Notes under the pieces: generated by a model | What the model was told of the DNA's origin: nothing | What the model saw: the letters and a program-made list of their open reading frames with translations, nothing else | The model's database searches: none | Position numbers and translations under genes: made by a program | Origin: a virus | Taxonomy: Duplodnaviria > Caudoviricetes | Direction: 5' to 3' (one strand) | Virus record (IMG/VR): IMGVR_UViG_3300027858_000004 | Location: 1-64,000 of that record | DNA length: 64,000 nucleotides | Part shown: one piece after another, positions 52,777-62,559 of the stretch | How the letters are laid out: every line of letters starts with the position of its first letter | How positions within the stretch are numbered: the first letter of the stretch is position 1

Positions 52777-53736
52777 ATGACAACAGTAGCAAAATTACGC
52801 CAAGCAGACAACAAAACAATCACAGAAGGTATCTTAGTAGAAAAGAAATTAGAAATTCGTGACTACAACCGTAAAGACAAAGCAGGTAACACATTCGTAG
52901 ATAAAGGTATCACAGGAACAATTGAGGTTCGCACTGGAGACAATGAAACACACACGATTAAACTATTCTCACACAAAACAAAAGCAGATGGAGGAGAGAA
53001 TGGCATCTATAAAGGATACGTTACTATTATGGAAGAAGCAGTTTCCCAAGCCGATGTAGCACAAGGAAAAGGTGAAATTGCTACAAATGTAAGTGTTCAA
53101 GGCGGTCTTGAGCTAAACGAATACTACGACAAAACAAAAGTCTACCGTCAAAACCCAGAAATTAAAGGACTATTTGTAAATCGTTTAGATGGTGAACCAA
53201 GCAATAAAGCAACATTCGATGTAGAGATTATTGTTAAGAGCGCTACTGAAGAGACAGACAAAGAAGACAACTTAACTGGTCGTGCAATTCTTCACGCAAT
53301 TATTCCACTATACAATAAAGTTGTTCCAATGACATTTGTTGTTGACACAGCAGGAGCACAATATGTTTTAGATAACTTTGAATCAGGAAAATCAGCTAAC
53401 ATCTGGGGCAAAATGACTAACTTCCGTAAAGTTACCCAAATTGAAAAAGAAGGTGGATTTGGGGAAAGCGCTTATGATGAAAAAGTAGAAACTCTACGTG
53501 AGCTACTTGTTACAGGCGGCAAAGTTTATGACGAAGATAGCAATCAAAACTTCGATAAAAAATTATTAAAAGAAGCATTACAGGCTCGTGAAGTTTATCT
53601 TGCTGAATTGAAAACTAAAGCAGAACAAAAAGCTGATGACACTAAAGCTGACGGATTCAGTGGAGCACCTACAGGAGCAGACGTTAAAAAATCTGCACCA
53701 TCTGTAAACATCGATGACCTGTTTGAAGGAATGTAA
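52777..53736 (+). CDS. putative single-stranded DNA-binding protein (SPbeta YorF-like position)
   Basis: Beta-rich repeats, flexible tail ending IDDLFEGM; upstream of AAA ATPase and helicase. Confidence 0.55.
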   Translation: MTTVAKLRQADNKTITEGILVEKKLEIRDYNRKDKAGNTFVDKGITGTIEVRTGDNETHTIKLFSHKTKADGGENGIYKGYVTIMEEAVSQADVAQGKGEIATNVSVQGGLELNEYYDKTKVYRQNPEIKGLFVNRLDGEPSNKATFDVEIIVKSATEETDKEDNLTGRAILHAIIPLYNKVVPMTFVVDTAGAQYVLDNFESGKSANIWGKMTNFRKVTQIEKEGGFGESAYDEKVETLRELLVTGGKVYDEDSNQNFDKKLLKEALQAREVYLAELKTKAEQKADDTKADGFSGAPTGADVKKSAPSVNIDDLFEGM

Positions 53737-53850
53737 TTCAAAACTTAAATTAAAAGTTAGTTAATGACATATGAGGGTATTGAGATATACCCTCAAGTCA
53801 ATTAAATATTATAAAAATAGAATTTAAAATAGAATGGGGCAAATTATTCA

Positions 53851-55940
53851 ATGGCAATTAACTTACAAGCAATCAAACCACATCAAGTATCACGAGATTT
53901 AAAAGGTAAAATCGTAACTATCTACGGTGAGCCTAAAGTTGGTAAGACAACAATCGCCTCAAAGTTTCCCAAGTCCTTACTTTTAGCATCAAATTAAAAA
54001 GGAGAATTATCTTGATAGAAAAAATTAAAATAGAGCGCACAAAAGGCGGCTCTATCGTATGGGAAGCATCTCATTTGAGCAATATTAAACGATTATATGA
54101 ATCTGGTCTAAATCTTACTGAAATCGGTAAAATATACGATGTGAGCTATGGGACAATAAAAAACAAACTAAAAAATATGGATGTTAAGATTCTTAACTTC
54201 TATGATAAGAATCCCAGAAACTCTCACTTTTTCCACCCTTGGAGGCTTAATGCTGAATCTGTTTATTGGCTCGGATACATGTATGCCGATGGATATGTAA
54301 ACAGCAAGTCAAATGAAATCTCAATAACCTCCAATGACAAAGAGCACCTAGTGAAATTTAAAGAGGCTCTGCAATCTACTAATAAGATTACAAGTTGGAT
54401 AGACAATAGATTTCAGAAGCCATCTTATAGCAATAGGTTTGCAGTCAAAGACCCACAGATGAAAAGAGATTTGATTTTCCTTGGTTGCTTTCCACAAAAG
54501 TCTCTTACGCTAGAGGAGTTTCCTGAGTTGGAAGAGGATTTAATATCTCATTTTATCCGAGGTTACTTTGAGGGAGATGGAAGTCTTCATTATACTCATG
54601 GAGGAAAAAGGTTCCGAATATCATTTTTAGGAACCATACCATTCTTAAATGAGATAAAAAGAATTCTAGGAACAGAAAATTCCTTATCAAAAGGGACTGG
54701 AAAAGCATATGTGTTGCAAATAGCTGGACAAGAAAAGGTCTTGCAAGTTTTGGAATATATGTATCGTGACTCAGAAGAAAAAATCAGACTTAATCGTAAA
54801 TATAATTTATATCAAGAAATTCTATCGGGTGCTTCACCATTGAACCTAGAAAACTAGGGTGTGAATAAGTATTGACTTATTTGCTAACAGGGAATGTTTA
54901 AAGTGGAATTACCTAACGCTTTAGAAGAATCCTGTGCCAAGCTCCTATATCATATTGTGAAATACTTATAAGAGAAGGTGCAACGACTATTCCGAAAGGA
55001 AGTAGGTTTAAGGTGAAACTCCTTATTCCGAAGCGGTGGTGGGCTTACTAAACTAGTAAGTCGTGATATAGTCTAATAGCTTTTAAATAAGCTAGTCGAA
55101 AAAGGGTACAATGCTTTACCTAATGTTATGGTACAGCCTGTAACAAAATGGAGAGAGTTTAAAGAAGTATTAAAAGAACTTGCTAAACCAGAAAATAAAG
55201 ATTCGTTTGGAACAATCATTGTTGACACAGCAGATATCGCATTTGACTTATGTGAAGCATTCGTTTGTAATCGTGAAGGTGTAGATAAAATCGGAGACAT
55301 TCCTTATGGAGCAGGATACAAAATGCTTAAAAAAGAATTCAATGATGCACTTCGTTCGATTCCAATGATGGACTACGGATTAGTAATGATTTCTCATGGT
55401 ATGACAGCAACTCTTACAGATGAAGATGGAGTAGAGTACTCTAAAATTACACCAACATTGCCAAAAGCACCTCGTGCAATCGTCTTATCAATGTCTGATG
55501 TAATTGGCTATGCTAAAAACATTGAGCGTGATGGAGCACAACAATCAGTACTATTCATGCGTGGAACACCACGATTTGAAGCTGGCTCACGTTTCCGCTA
55601 TACACCTAATTACATTAAATTTGATTACACTTCATTAGTTAATGCTATTGCAGATGCTATTGAAAAAGAAGCAGAAGAAAATGGTGCTGACTCTGTAACA
55701 GATGCAGTAACCAATATTTATGAAGAAGCAACTGAAAAGAGCTTTGATGAATTGAAAAAAGAGTGTCAAGCAGTAATTCCAACTTTAATGGAGAAACACA
55801 ACAATGATGCAGCAGAAGTTCAAGGTATCATCAATAAAGTAGTAGAAAGTCACTTAGGAAAAGGTAAAACTTTAAAAGATATTAAAGAAGAACAAGTTGA
55901 TATCTTAATCTTAATTGCAGGAGATTTAAAAGAACTATAA
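53851..55940 (+). CDS. AAA ATPase (Sak4/YorG-like), join(53851..53989,55096..55940), 327 aa
   Basis: Exon 1 has Walker A GEPKVGKT; splicing restores LLLA-F-EKGYNAL; exon 2 has Walker B IIVDT. Confidence 0.9.
53990..55095 (+). ncRNA. group I intron
   Basis: Exon 1 ends in U, intron ends in G; IGS GGUGCU (54828-54833) pairs with AGCAU|C via U-G; core AAUCCUGUGCCAAG, ACGACUA and GAUAUAGUC (P7). Confidence 0.9.
54012..54857 (+). CDS. intron-encoded LAGLIDADG homing endonuclease
   Basis: YWLGYMYADG and FIRGYFEGDG motifs; N-terminal HTH-like segment. Confidence 0.9.
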   Translation: MIEKIKIERTKGGSIVWEASHLSNIKRLYESGLNLTEIGKIYDVSYGTIKNKLKNMDVKILNFYDKNPRNSHFFHPWRLNAESVYWLGYMYADGYVNSKSNEISITSNDKEHLVKFKEALQSTNKITSWIDNRFQKPSYSNRFAVKDPQMKRDLIFLGCFPQKSLTLEEFPELEEDLISHFIRGYFEGDGSLHYTHGGKRFRISFLGTIPFLNEIKRILGTENSLSKGTGKAYVLQIAGQEKVLQVLEYMYRDSEEKIRLNRKYNLYQEILSGASPLNLEN

Positions 55941-56076
55941 GTTTAAAAACAAAATAAACAACAAACATCAATATTTATTCAATTTAAAGTACAAGAGAGA
56001 AGCTCTAGATGGACGTAGTAAACCCACCTAGTCAGTCAGTGTAATGTCAGAAATTACAAACAATCAATTTAAATTT

Positions 56077-56127
56077 GAGCACAACCTTCATTTGAATATA
56101 GGATGAAAAGTTGTGCTCTTTCTTTTT
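56077..56127 (+). terminator. intrinsic terminator
   Basis: GAGCACAAC...GTTGTGCTC followed by TTTCTTTTT. Confidence 0.7.
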
Positions 56128-56147
56128 GAGAAGAGTGGTGAGGTAAT

Positions 56148-56627
56148 ATGGCTAGAATGCCAAAGTGTAAGCATTGTAAGAAGGATGTTAACAAAGACAT
56201 AGAACAATTTACAAAAAAATCAAGTGGTTACTATCATCAAGAGTGCCACGATATCATAGAAAGAGAAAACAAGTTTCGAGATATGCTAATCACCTTTATT
56301 AAAGAGCTTTATAACATAGATTTCCCAACTGGGTTCATGTTAGGTCAAATAAAGGAATATCGAACTGTCAGAAACTATTCCTATCAAGGGATGATAATGG
56401 CATTGAAATACATGTACGAAGTGGAAGATATACCAGTTAAAGAAGGCACAGGATTAGGATTAATAACTTTTTACTATGAGAGGGGAATTAAATACTATAG
56501 TAAGCTACGTTCCAATAAAGCTTCAGCAAAAGGAGCTGAAATACAACGTGAGCCTCAAATAGTCATAGTAGAAAAACAAGAAAGAAAAAGAAAGCCAAAG
56601 TTGTTGGATATGAGGGAGATTCAGTAG
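56148..56627 (+). CDS. Zn-finger protein upstream of helicase (YorH-like)
   Basis: CKHC...YYH.EC; synteny. Confidence 0.7.
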   Translation: MARMPKCKHCKKDVNKDIEQFTKKSSGYYHQECHDIIERENKFRDMLITFIKELYNIDFPTGFMLGQIKEYRTVRNYSYQGMIMALKYMYEVEDIPVKEGTGLGLITFYYERGIKYYSKLRSNKASAKGAEIQREPQIVIVEKQERKRKPKLLDMREIQ

Positions 56628-56628
56628 T

Positions 56629-58311
56629 ATGAGCGTATTACAGGACAAAAAAGCAATTATAAATGTACTATCAGCAATAATTAAGAAGCCAGAGTTATTA
56701 AGTAACGCAAAGGAATATAAGCTAGAGCGTGGAGATTTTCCTGAGCCATTCCATCAAATTATTTTTAATGCCATCTATAATCTTTACCAATTGAATGCAG
56801 AGAAGATTACAAAGTTGGAAATAGATAGCTATTTAAAAGACTATCCAAGACATCAGGCTATTTTTGAGGATAATGATGGATGGGAATACCTTGAAAGATT
56901 AAATGACATAGATTCAGTAGATAACTACAACTACTACTATGAACGTGTTAAGAAGTTTAGTCTTCTTAGAGAGTGTAGAGCATTAGGCTTTGACACTTCA
57001 GAGTTTTATAATTCAGACTCACTAGACTTTAACGAAGCAGAAAAGGCTCAAGAGAAGTTTAATACCATGACATTAAATGATATTGTTAAGACTATTGAGC
57101 TTAGACTAGTAGAGATTAAAGACCAATTTATCTCAAATGCAGAAACCACTTCAGAACTAATGTCAGATGGAATAGATGAGTTGTTAGAAGCTTCATTAGA
57201 GTCGCCAAGTTTTGGAGTTAACATGGGGAGCAGATACTTAACTACTGTTACTCGTGGAGCCAAATTGAAGAAGTTCTACCTAAGAAGTGCACCAACTGGT
57301 GGAGGTAAAACACGATACAACTTAGCTGATTTGTTAGAGATTTGTATTCCTGAGCGTTATGAATCAGATATTGGCAAATGGGTTCAAACAGGCGCAGATG
57401 GCAAAGGACTATTCATTACAACGGAATTATCAAAAGAAGAAATACAATTGCCAACGCTGTGCTATATTGCTGATGTAGATGAGGACAAGCTGAAAGATAA
57501 AGAAGTTTCATTTGAAGAGATTGAGCGTTTAAATTTAGCAAAAGCCATAATGAAAAGGTCTGGACTACGCATAGAGCATTTGCCTGACTTTGATTTAGAA
57601 GAAGTAGAGTTGTCTATTGAAAGAAACATCTTGAAATATGATATAGAGTACGTTGTTTTTGACTATATTCACACATCATTGAACCTAATGACAAGCATTG
57701 CAAAAAAAGCAAATCTACGTGAAGACCAAATACTTTTAATCTTATCGGATAAGCTGAAGCAATTGTCAGTGAAGTACGAAATATTCATGCTTTCGTCCAC
57801 ACAGATGAATGACAATTGGAAACAAGATGATATGAAAAACCTTGACCAATCATCTATACGTGGCTCCAAAGCCATTGCAGATAAAGTTGACTTTGGATGT
57901 ATTTTACTTCCTGTCTTCAAAAAGGATAAGGAACTTTACGATGAGCTTAAAGCAGAACTTGGTGGATTTAATAAAGAGCCTACTCACACAATCAATGTGT
58001 ATAAGAATCGTGGAGGTAAGTGGAATAACATCCGTATTTGGCTTCATATTGACATGGGTACACTAAGAACAACAGATTGCTTTGTAACAACTCGTGATGG
58101 TGACTTGGTTACTAACATACTTCCAAAAAGCATCGTAAGAGAGCCTAAGAAGGTTGAAGAGCCTGTTGTCGAGGAAATGGCAGAAGAAGTGGTAGAAGAA
58201 ATAGCAGAAGCAATACAAAATGAACCAGTGCGTGACCCAGATACAGGATATGTTGAAACAGAAAAAGGAATTTACGATGATAATCTAGCTTGGTTAGACC
58301 CGTTTAAATAG
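56629..58311 (+). CDS. dnaB: DnaB-like replicative helicase
   Basis: APTGGGKT, VVFDYIH, STQMN, IRGSKAIADKVD, KNRGG. Confidence 0.9.
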   Translation: MSVLQDKKAIINVLSAIIKKPELLSNAKEYKLERGDFPEPFHQIIFNAIYNLYQLNAEKITKLEIDSYLKDYPRHQAIFEDNDGWEYLERLNDIDSVDNYNYYYERVKKFSLLRECRALGFDTSEFYNSDSLDFNEAEKAQEKFNTMTLNDIVKTIELRLVEIKDQFISNAETTSELMSDGIDELLEASLESPSFGVNMGSRYLTTVTRGAKLKKFYLRSAPTGGGKTRYNLADLLEICIPERYESDIGKWVQTGADGKGLFITTELSKEEIQLPTLCYIADVDEDKLKDKEVSFEEIERLNLAKAIMKRSGLRIEHLPDFDLEEVELSIERNILKYDIEYVVFDYIHTSLNLMTSIAKKANLREDQILLILSDKLKQLSVKYEIFMLSSTQMNDNWKQDDMKNLDQSSIRGSKAIADKVDFGCILLPVFKKDKELYDELKAELGGFNKEPTHTINVYKNRGGKWNNIRIWLHIDMGTLRTTDCFVTTRDGDLVTNILPKSIVREPKKVEEPVVEEMAEEVVEEIAEAIQNEPVRDPDTGYVETEKGIYDDNLAWLDPFK

Positions 58312-58324
58312 GAGGAGAAATTAA

Positions 58325-59428
58325 TTGAAAATAGATAAAGATAAATTAAAACAGTCTCTATCTGTTGACGAGGTTGTTTCCCTTTTACGTGAGTTGGGAG
58401 CCATAGATATAGTCGATATAGTTAGTACTAAAGGCTATTTAATGACAAACACAATATGTCATAATTTGACCGATGGAAAATTAAAATTGTATTACTATCC
58501 TGAGTCTTTTACATTCCATTGTTACACAGGTTGTGGAAGCAACTTCGATATATTTGAATTGGTACAAAGAAACTATCGCCTTAGAGGAATTGAGTTGGGA
58601 TTCTCAGCTATTGTCGAGTGGGTATCCACTAAAACTGGTAAATCCTTTGGTTTTGGATATGAAGTAAAAGAATCTTCCAGTCTAGATGAGGACTGGGAGT
58701 ACTTCAATAAAATAAGAAAAAAAGAACCACAGAAAATAGAGCTCCCAAAATACAATGACCGAATTCTAGATGTATTTTCTAAGTTTCATCATCCAGCATT
58801 TTTAAACGATGGTGTTTCTCATGAAGCTATGGATAAGTTTGAAATAACCTACTATAACAAGGCAAACAGAATAGTTATTCCACATAGAGACGTGGATGGC
58901 AATTTAATTGGAATAAAAGGAAGGGCGCTAAATCAATTCGAAATTGACAATGGATATAAATATTTACCAATTTCAGTTCAAGATGTTCTATATAATCATC
59001 CCACACATGGTAATTTATATGGAATTCATCAAAACATAGAGGTAATAAAGAAGCTTGGGAAAGCAATTATATTTGAATCAGAAAAAAGTGTTATGCAAAT
59101 AGAAACCATGTTTCCTAACAATAACTTCTCCCTAGCCACATCAGGAAGTACGATATCTCAACAGCAGGTGAGAATGCTATTAGATTTGAATATAAATGAA
59201 GTAATCCTTGCATTTGATAAAGAATTTGAAGATGAGGACTCACCACAGGCTAAAGCATACATGAAAAAGATTCTAAAAATAGGAAGAAAGTTCTCCAATT
59301 ATATTCAAACAAATGTTATATGGGATAGTCATGGATTAATTGAGTATAAATCTTCCCCTTCGGACTTTGGCAAAGATACTCTTATTTCTCTAATGAAAAG
59401 TAAGCAAGAAATTAGAAGTAAGGAATAA
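58325..59428 (+). CDS. dnaG: DNA primase
   Basis: CH...FHCYTGC Zn finger; RIVIPH...GR; TOPRIM FESEKS and LAFD. Confidence 0.88.
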   Translation: MKIDKDKLKQSLSVDEVVSLLRELGAIDIVDIVSTKGYLMTNTICHNLTDGKLKLYYYPESFTFHCYTGCGSNFDIFELVQRNYRLRGIELGFSAIVEWVSTKTGKSFGFGYEVKESSSLDEDWEYFNKIRKKEPQKIELPKYNDRILDVFSKFHHPAFLNDGVSHEAMDKFEITYYNKANRIVIPHRDVDGNLIGIKGRALNQFEIDNGYKYLPISVQDVLYNHPTHGNLYGIHQNIEVIKKLGKAIIFESEKSVMQIETMFPNNNFSLATSGSTISQQQVRMLLDLNINEVILAFDKEFEDEDSPQAKAYMKKILKIGRKFSNYIQTNVIWDSHGLIEYKSSPSDFGKDTLISLMKSKQEIRSKE

Positions 59429-59476
59429 TATAAGTTAGTTATTGACAACATTAGTATACTATGTTAAGCTAATGGA

Positions 59477-59899
59477 ATGAAAGGGGATGTGCGAGTGATT
59501 AGACCATATAAAGAAAGAACTTTAAATGCAGGAGACCCAGTTATAGTTTATAGAAATTTGAACAATGGGATGTTCTCTATAAGATGTGCAAGAACAAACT
59601 TGGTTTTAGCTCATGGTAATAGCTTTATTGTTCAAGGAAGTCCTAAAGTAAGTGAGGTAAGTAGACTAAGGGTTATAAAGGAAAAGAGAAAGTCAGTTCA
59701 CGCATTTATCTTAGGAACCTTTCAAGAGGAAGACGCTGAGAAGTACTCCTACAGCATTGTGGACGAGGCTTATTACAATCCTTATACTACAGACTCCTTC
59801 ATTTATAAAAAGAACAATACAAAAGTTACACATGGTGATTTCCTATTTAAAGATGGGAAAGCATATGTGATAAATTCCTTAGTTTTAAAAACTAGTTAA
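59477..59899 (+). CDS. conserved phage hypothetical protein
   Basis: VYRNL...S.R, KRK.VHA, YNPY; promoter at 59442. Confidence 0.75.
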   Translation: MKGDVRVIRPYKERTLNAGDPVIVYRNLNNGMFSIRCARTNLVLAHGNSFIVQGSPKVSEVSRLRVIKEKRKSVHAFILGTFQEEDAEKYSYSIVDEAYYNPYTTDSFIYKKNNTKVTHGDFLFKDGKAYVINSLVLKTS

Positions 59900-60082
59900 T
59901 AGCATGGAGGGTTTAAATGATTCATAAGAATGAAGAGATAAAATATACTTCGCTACAAGAAATCTTTGAGAGTGAGAACCTTTCAGAAGCCTTAGCCAAA
60001 GCATATAGAAGAATTGATTCACTCCTTGAAAGAGAAAGAAGTTTAGAACTACAAATTGAAATGATGAAAGGGAGAGATAAAT

Positions 60083-60991
60083 ATGAAGAATAAATCAGAA
60101 GAACTAAAACTAATGTTTATTAAGACTAAAGAGAAGATATTTGTATCTGACAATGTAGCAGGAAACAGCTATTTCCACACAAAGCTTGCTCATTTATATT
60201 TTGATGGAGAACTACCAGCAAAAACATTTAAAAGCGATTGGTTTGAATTAAAAAGTATTCCAATTGAATTAACAAGAAAAGTACCAGAAAGAGAAATTAA
60301 TCATCGATATGAGTTAAAAGAAGGATTCGTAGTAACTGAATTAACTCCACAAACTATCCATGAGAGATATATAGATGAAGACAGTGAGTACTACGAAGTT
60401 AAAGGGCTGTACACTCGCCAATATGAAACAGAAGATGCAGGATTTGAAGTTGTTCCATTTGAAATTCATTTAGTAGAAGAGGTTGAAGGAAACTTCGAAA
60501 TAACTAGGAGTCAATATAATCCACAGTATGGGTTGCTGGACAAGATACAGACCCATCCAAATCTATTGCAATTAAAACCTTGTAAACTAACAAAGGAAGA
60601 AACGTACAAAATTATTCGTGAGCATATAAAGCTCAACATTAATCCTAAATATGCTCGTATCTCTAGTGATTACGACTTCTGCTTAACCGTTGAGAAAGTG
60701 ATTGAACGTTTTGAGCCAGAGTCATACACAGTAGATTTAAATGCTATGTGCCCACGAAGAAAACCAAAGCTTGAAACCAGATATAGAACCTCTAGAAAAG
60801 CTAGAGTGTATGAAGCAGCACCAAAATCTTACCAAAAATATCCTATTGTTGAAAACTTTGTTGGAGAAAGTCTACAAGACTTAGATAACAACATTAAAAT
60901 ATTCTTACACAAATTAATGGATAAAATCAATGAGCCAGTTGTGGATTGTGAACATTGTAAAGGAAGAGGGGTCATCACTAATGGAAATTAA
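60083..60991 (+). CDS. conserved phage protein with C-terminal CxxCxGxG
   Basis: SDYDFC.TV.K, CEHCKGRG. Confidence 0.8.
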   Translation: MKNKSEELKLMFIKTKEKIFVSDNVAGNSYFHTKLAHLYFDGELPAKTFKSDWFELKSIPIELTRKVPEREINHRYELKEGFVVTELTPQTIHERYIDEDSEYYEVKGLYTRQYETEDAGFEVVPFEIHLVEEVEGNFEITRSQYNPQYGLLDKIQTHPNLLQLKPCKLTKEETYKIIREHIKLNINPKYARISSDYDFCLTVEKVIERFEPESYTVDLNAMCPRRKPKLETRYRTSRKARVYEAAPKSYQKYPIVENFVGESLQDLDNNIKIFLHKLMDKINEPVVDCEHCKGRGVITNGN

Positions 60992-62546
60992 ATTAGATAA
61001 AGATTACATGTTGAATGAGCTGGATTTACCTGATAGAGCAATATTTGATGAGATTGATGGAACATCAATATGGAGCATTGAACATAGGATTATTTTTGAG
61101 TATCAAGGAAAGTTCTATCAAACATACTATTCTGTTGGAGCGACTGAGAGTCAATATGAATCCCCTTGGCAAGATGAAGATGAAGTTGAATGCCATGAAG
61201 TTGAGTTAAAAGAAGTAACAGTTAAGAAGTGGGTTCTTAAATAATTACACCAAAGGAGAATAAAAGATGAAAATAGAACAACTTTTAAAAACCATTAACA
61301 CTCGCACACAAACAGAACAGTTTTTAAAAACTGTGGCAGAAATATATGCTATTTTGAATGAAGAGGATAAATTGAAATTAGTAGAAGCATTGGGTGGAAA
61401 GTATAACATTTCACGTACCACTATTTTATTAGAAGAGCTTGGCAAATAAAATACGGTTTTTATTAATATAGGAGGTAAAAAGCGAAAATGATATATTTAT
61501 TGGGATTTTTGTATTATTTGCTCGTAAGCATATTATTGTTGACTGGAATCATGGATTCGTCGAGGGTTATAGCGTCTGCTGGATGGTTCATATGCGCAAT
61601 ATGGGTTGTAGTGGTTTATCGGATAGCTAAAAGGACATAAAATCTGTATTTTATAGGAAGGTGAGAAAGTGCACCAATATAATGAGAAATTAAAAGTTAT
61701 TGTAATAACCGAGGATAATAAACAGAATCAAAAGTATTTTAATCTTTTTAAAGTTCTATTTAACAATAGCATTGAAGAAGTGAGAGACTTCAACTACGAA
61801 AAAAGAATCACCATCAATAATTCAGAGTTTAGATTTATTATTAAAAGTGAATCAGCAAGAGGATTGAAAGCTCACTATGTGTTGAATCTAACACAAGATG
61901 AGGAATTTCACAGAAATAGAGCTATGCCGATGACTAGCCCACACAGTAGTTTAAAAGAAATTGAGAAGTGGTCAGAGCTGTTTACGAAGTTATAATATAA
62001 AATCGGAGGAATTAAACAATGACAAAAGCTATGGAACTAAGTGTTGACTATGATGGATACTATGGTGGAAGTGTTAATGAAATTTTATTATTGCCATTAG
62101 ATATTAATGGAGTTCTATTTGAAGAATTAGAAGAAAAGACCTATGACAGAGCAGTTTATTTAGGTGAAATTGAAGGCAAGCACAGTGAAGTTTATGGAGA
62201 TTTGACAGTGCGCTTTGTTGATTTGGATACTCTGCCTGTTCGAGAGGTTTCAGAGTTAATTAAAGCATCAGATTTTGGTGAGTTTGAGGGATTCTTTGAA
62301 CGGATTGAAGGTGACTTCCAAGATGATGAAGATGAGTACAACATAGAAAAAGTAAAAGAATTGCTTAACTCTTATAATGTAAAACTTGAAAAATACATGA
62401 TTAAAACATCATTTGTTAACTATGAGTTCATCGAACAATTGAAAGAGAAGTATGTGCAAAAGTTTAAGAATGTCACTGTTCTGGATGATGATTATGATTT
62501 AGTAGTTAAACTACTTAATGAAAACAATATTAAATACTTTGATTGA
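60981..62546 (+). other. small hypothetical ORFs (60981, 61267, 61488, 61669, 62019)
   Basis: RBSs; palindromic sites at 61446 and 61637. Confidence 0.65.
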
Positions 62547-62559
62547 TGGGGGAAATTAA

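Larger units (their letters stand above)
2306..61654. repeat. Dispersed 18-bp palindromic gene-boundary site RTAAWA-N6-TWTTAT (~38 copies)
   Basis: Starts at 2306, 2337, 5584, 5903, 7306, 7624, 8546, 10811, 11559, 11858, 12185, 13293, 13514, 14966, 15217, 16883, 19173, 19557, 20116, 20327, 23027, 29955, 30695, 33131, 33444, 33881, 34125, 34731, 35324, 35628, 36061, 37793, 38178, 41136, 41199, 51915, 61446, 61637. Confidence 0.75.

Noticed and set aside
55128-55940. Stand-alone 270-aa gene as given in the ORF track
   Set aside because: Lacks Walker A; it is exon 2 of the intron-split ATPase
41821-61209. Nested + strand alternative-frame ORFs (41821-42024, 57842-58066, 61015-61209)
   Set aside because: They lie inside longer, better-supported genes with no independent evidence
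612-61445. Minus-strand ORFs in the track (e.g. 612-944, 14087-14521, 43599-43952)
   Set aside because: They are antisense shadows of + strand genes, Ser/Phe/Leu-rich, with no recognisable motifs
2306-61654. Boundary palindromes as host dif sites or intrinsic terminators
   Set aside because: Arms do not match the B. subtilis dif arms as I recall them, and six A-U pairs without a GC stem are too weak for a terminator
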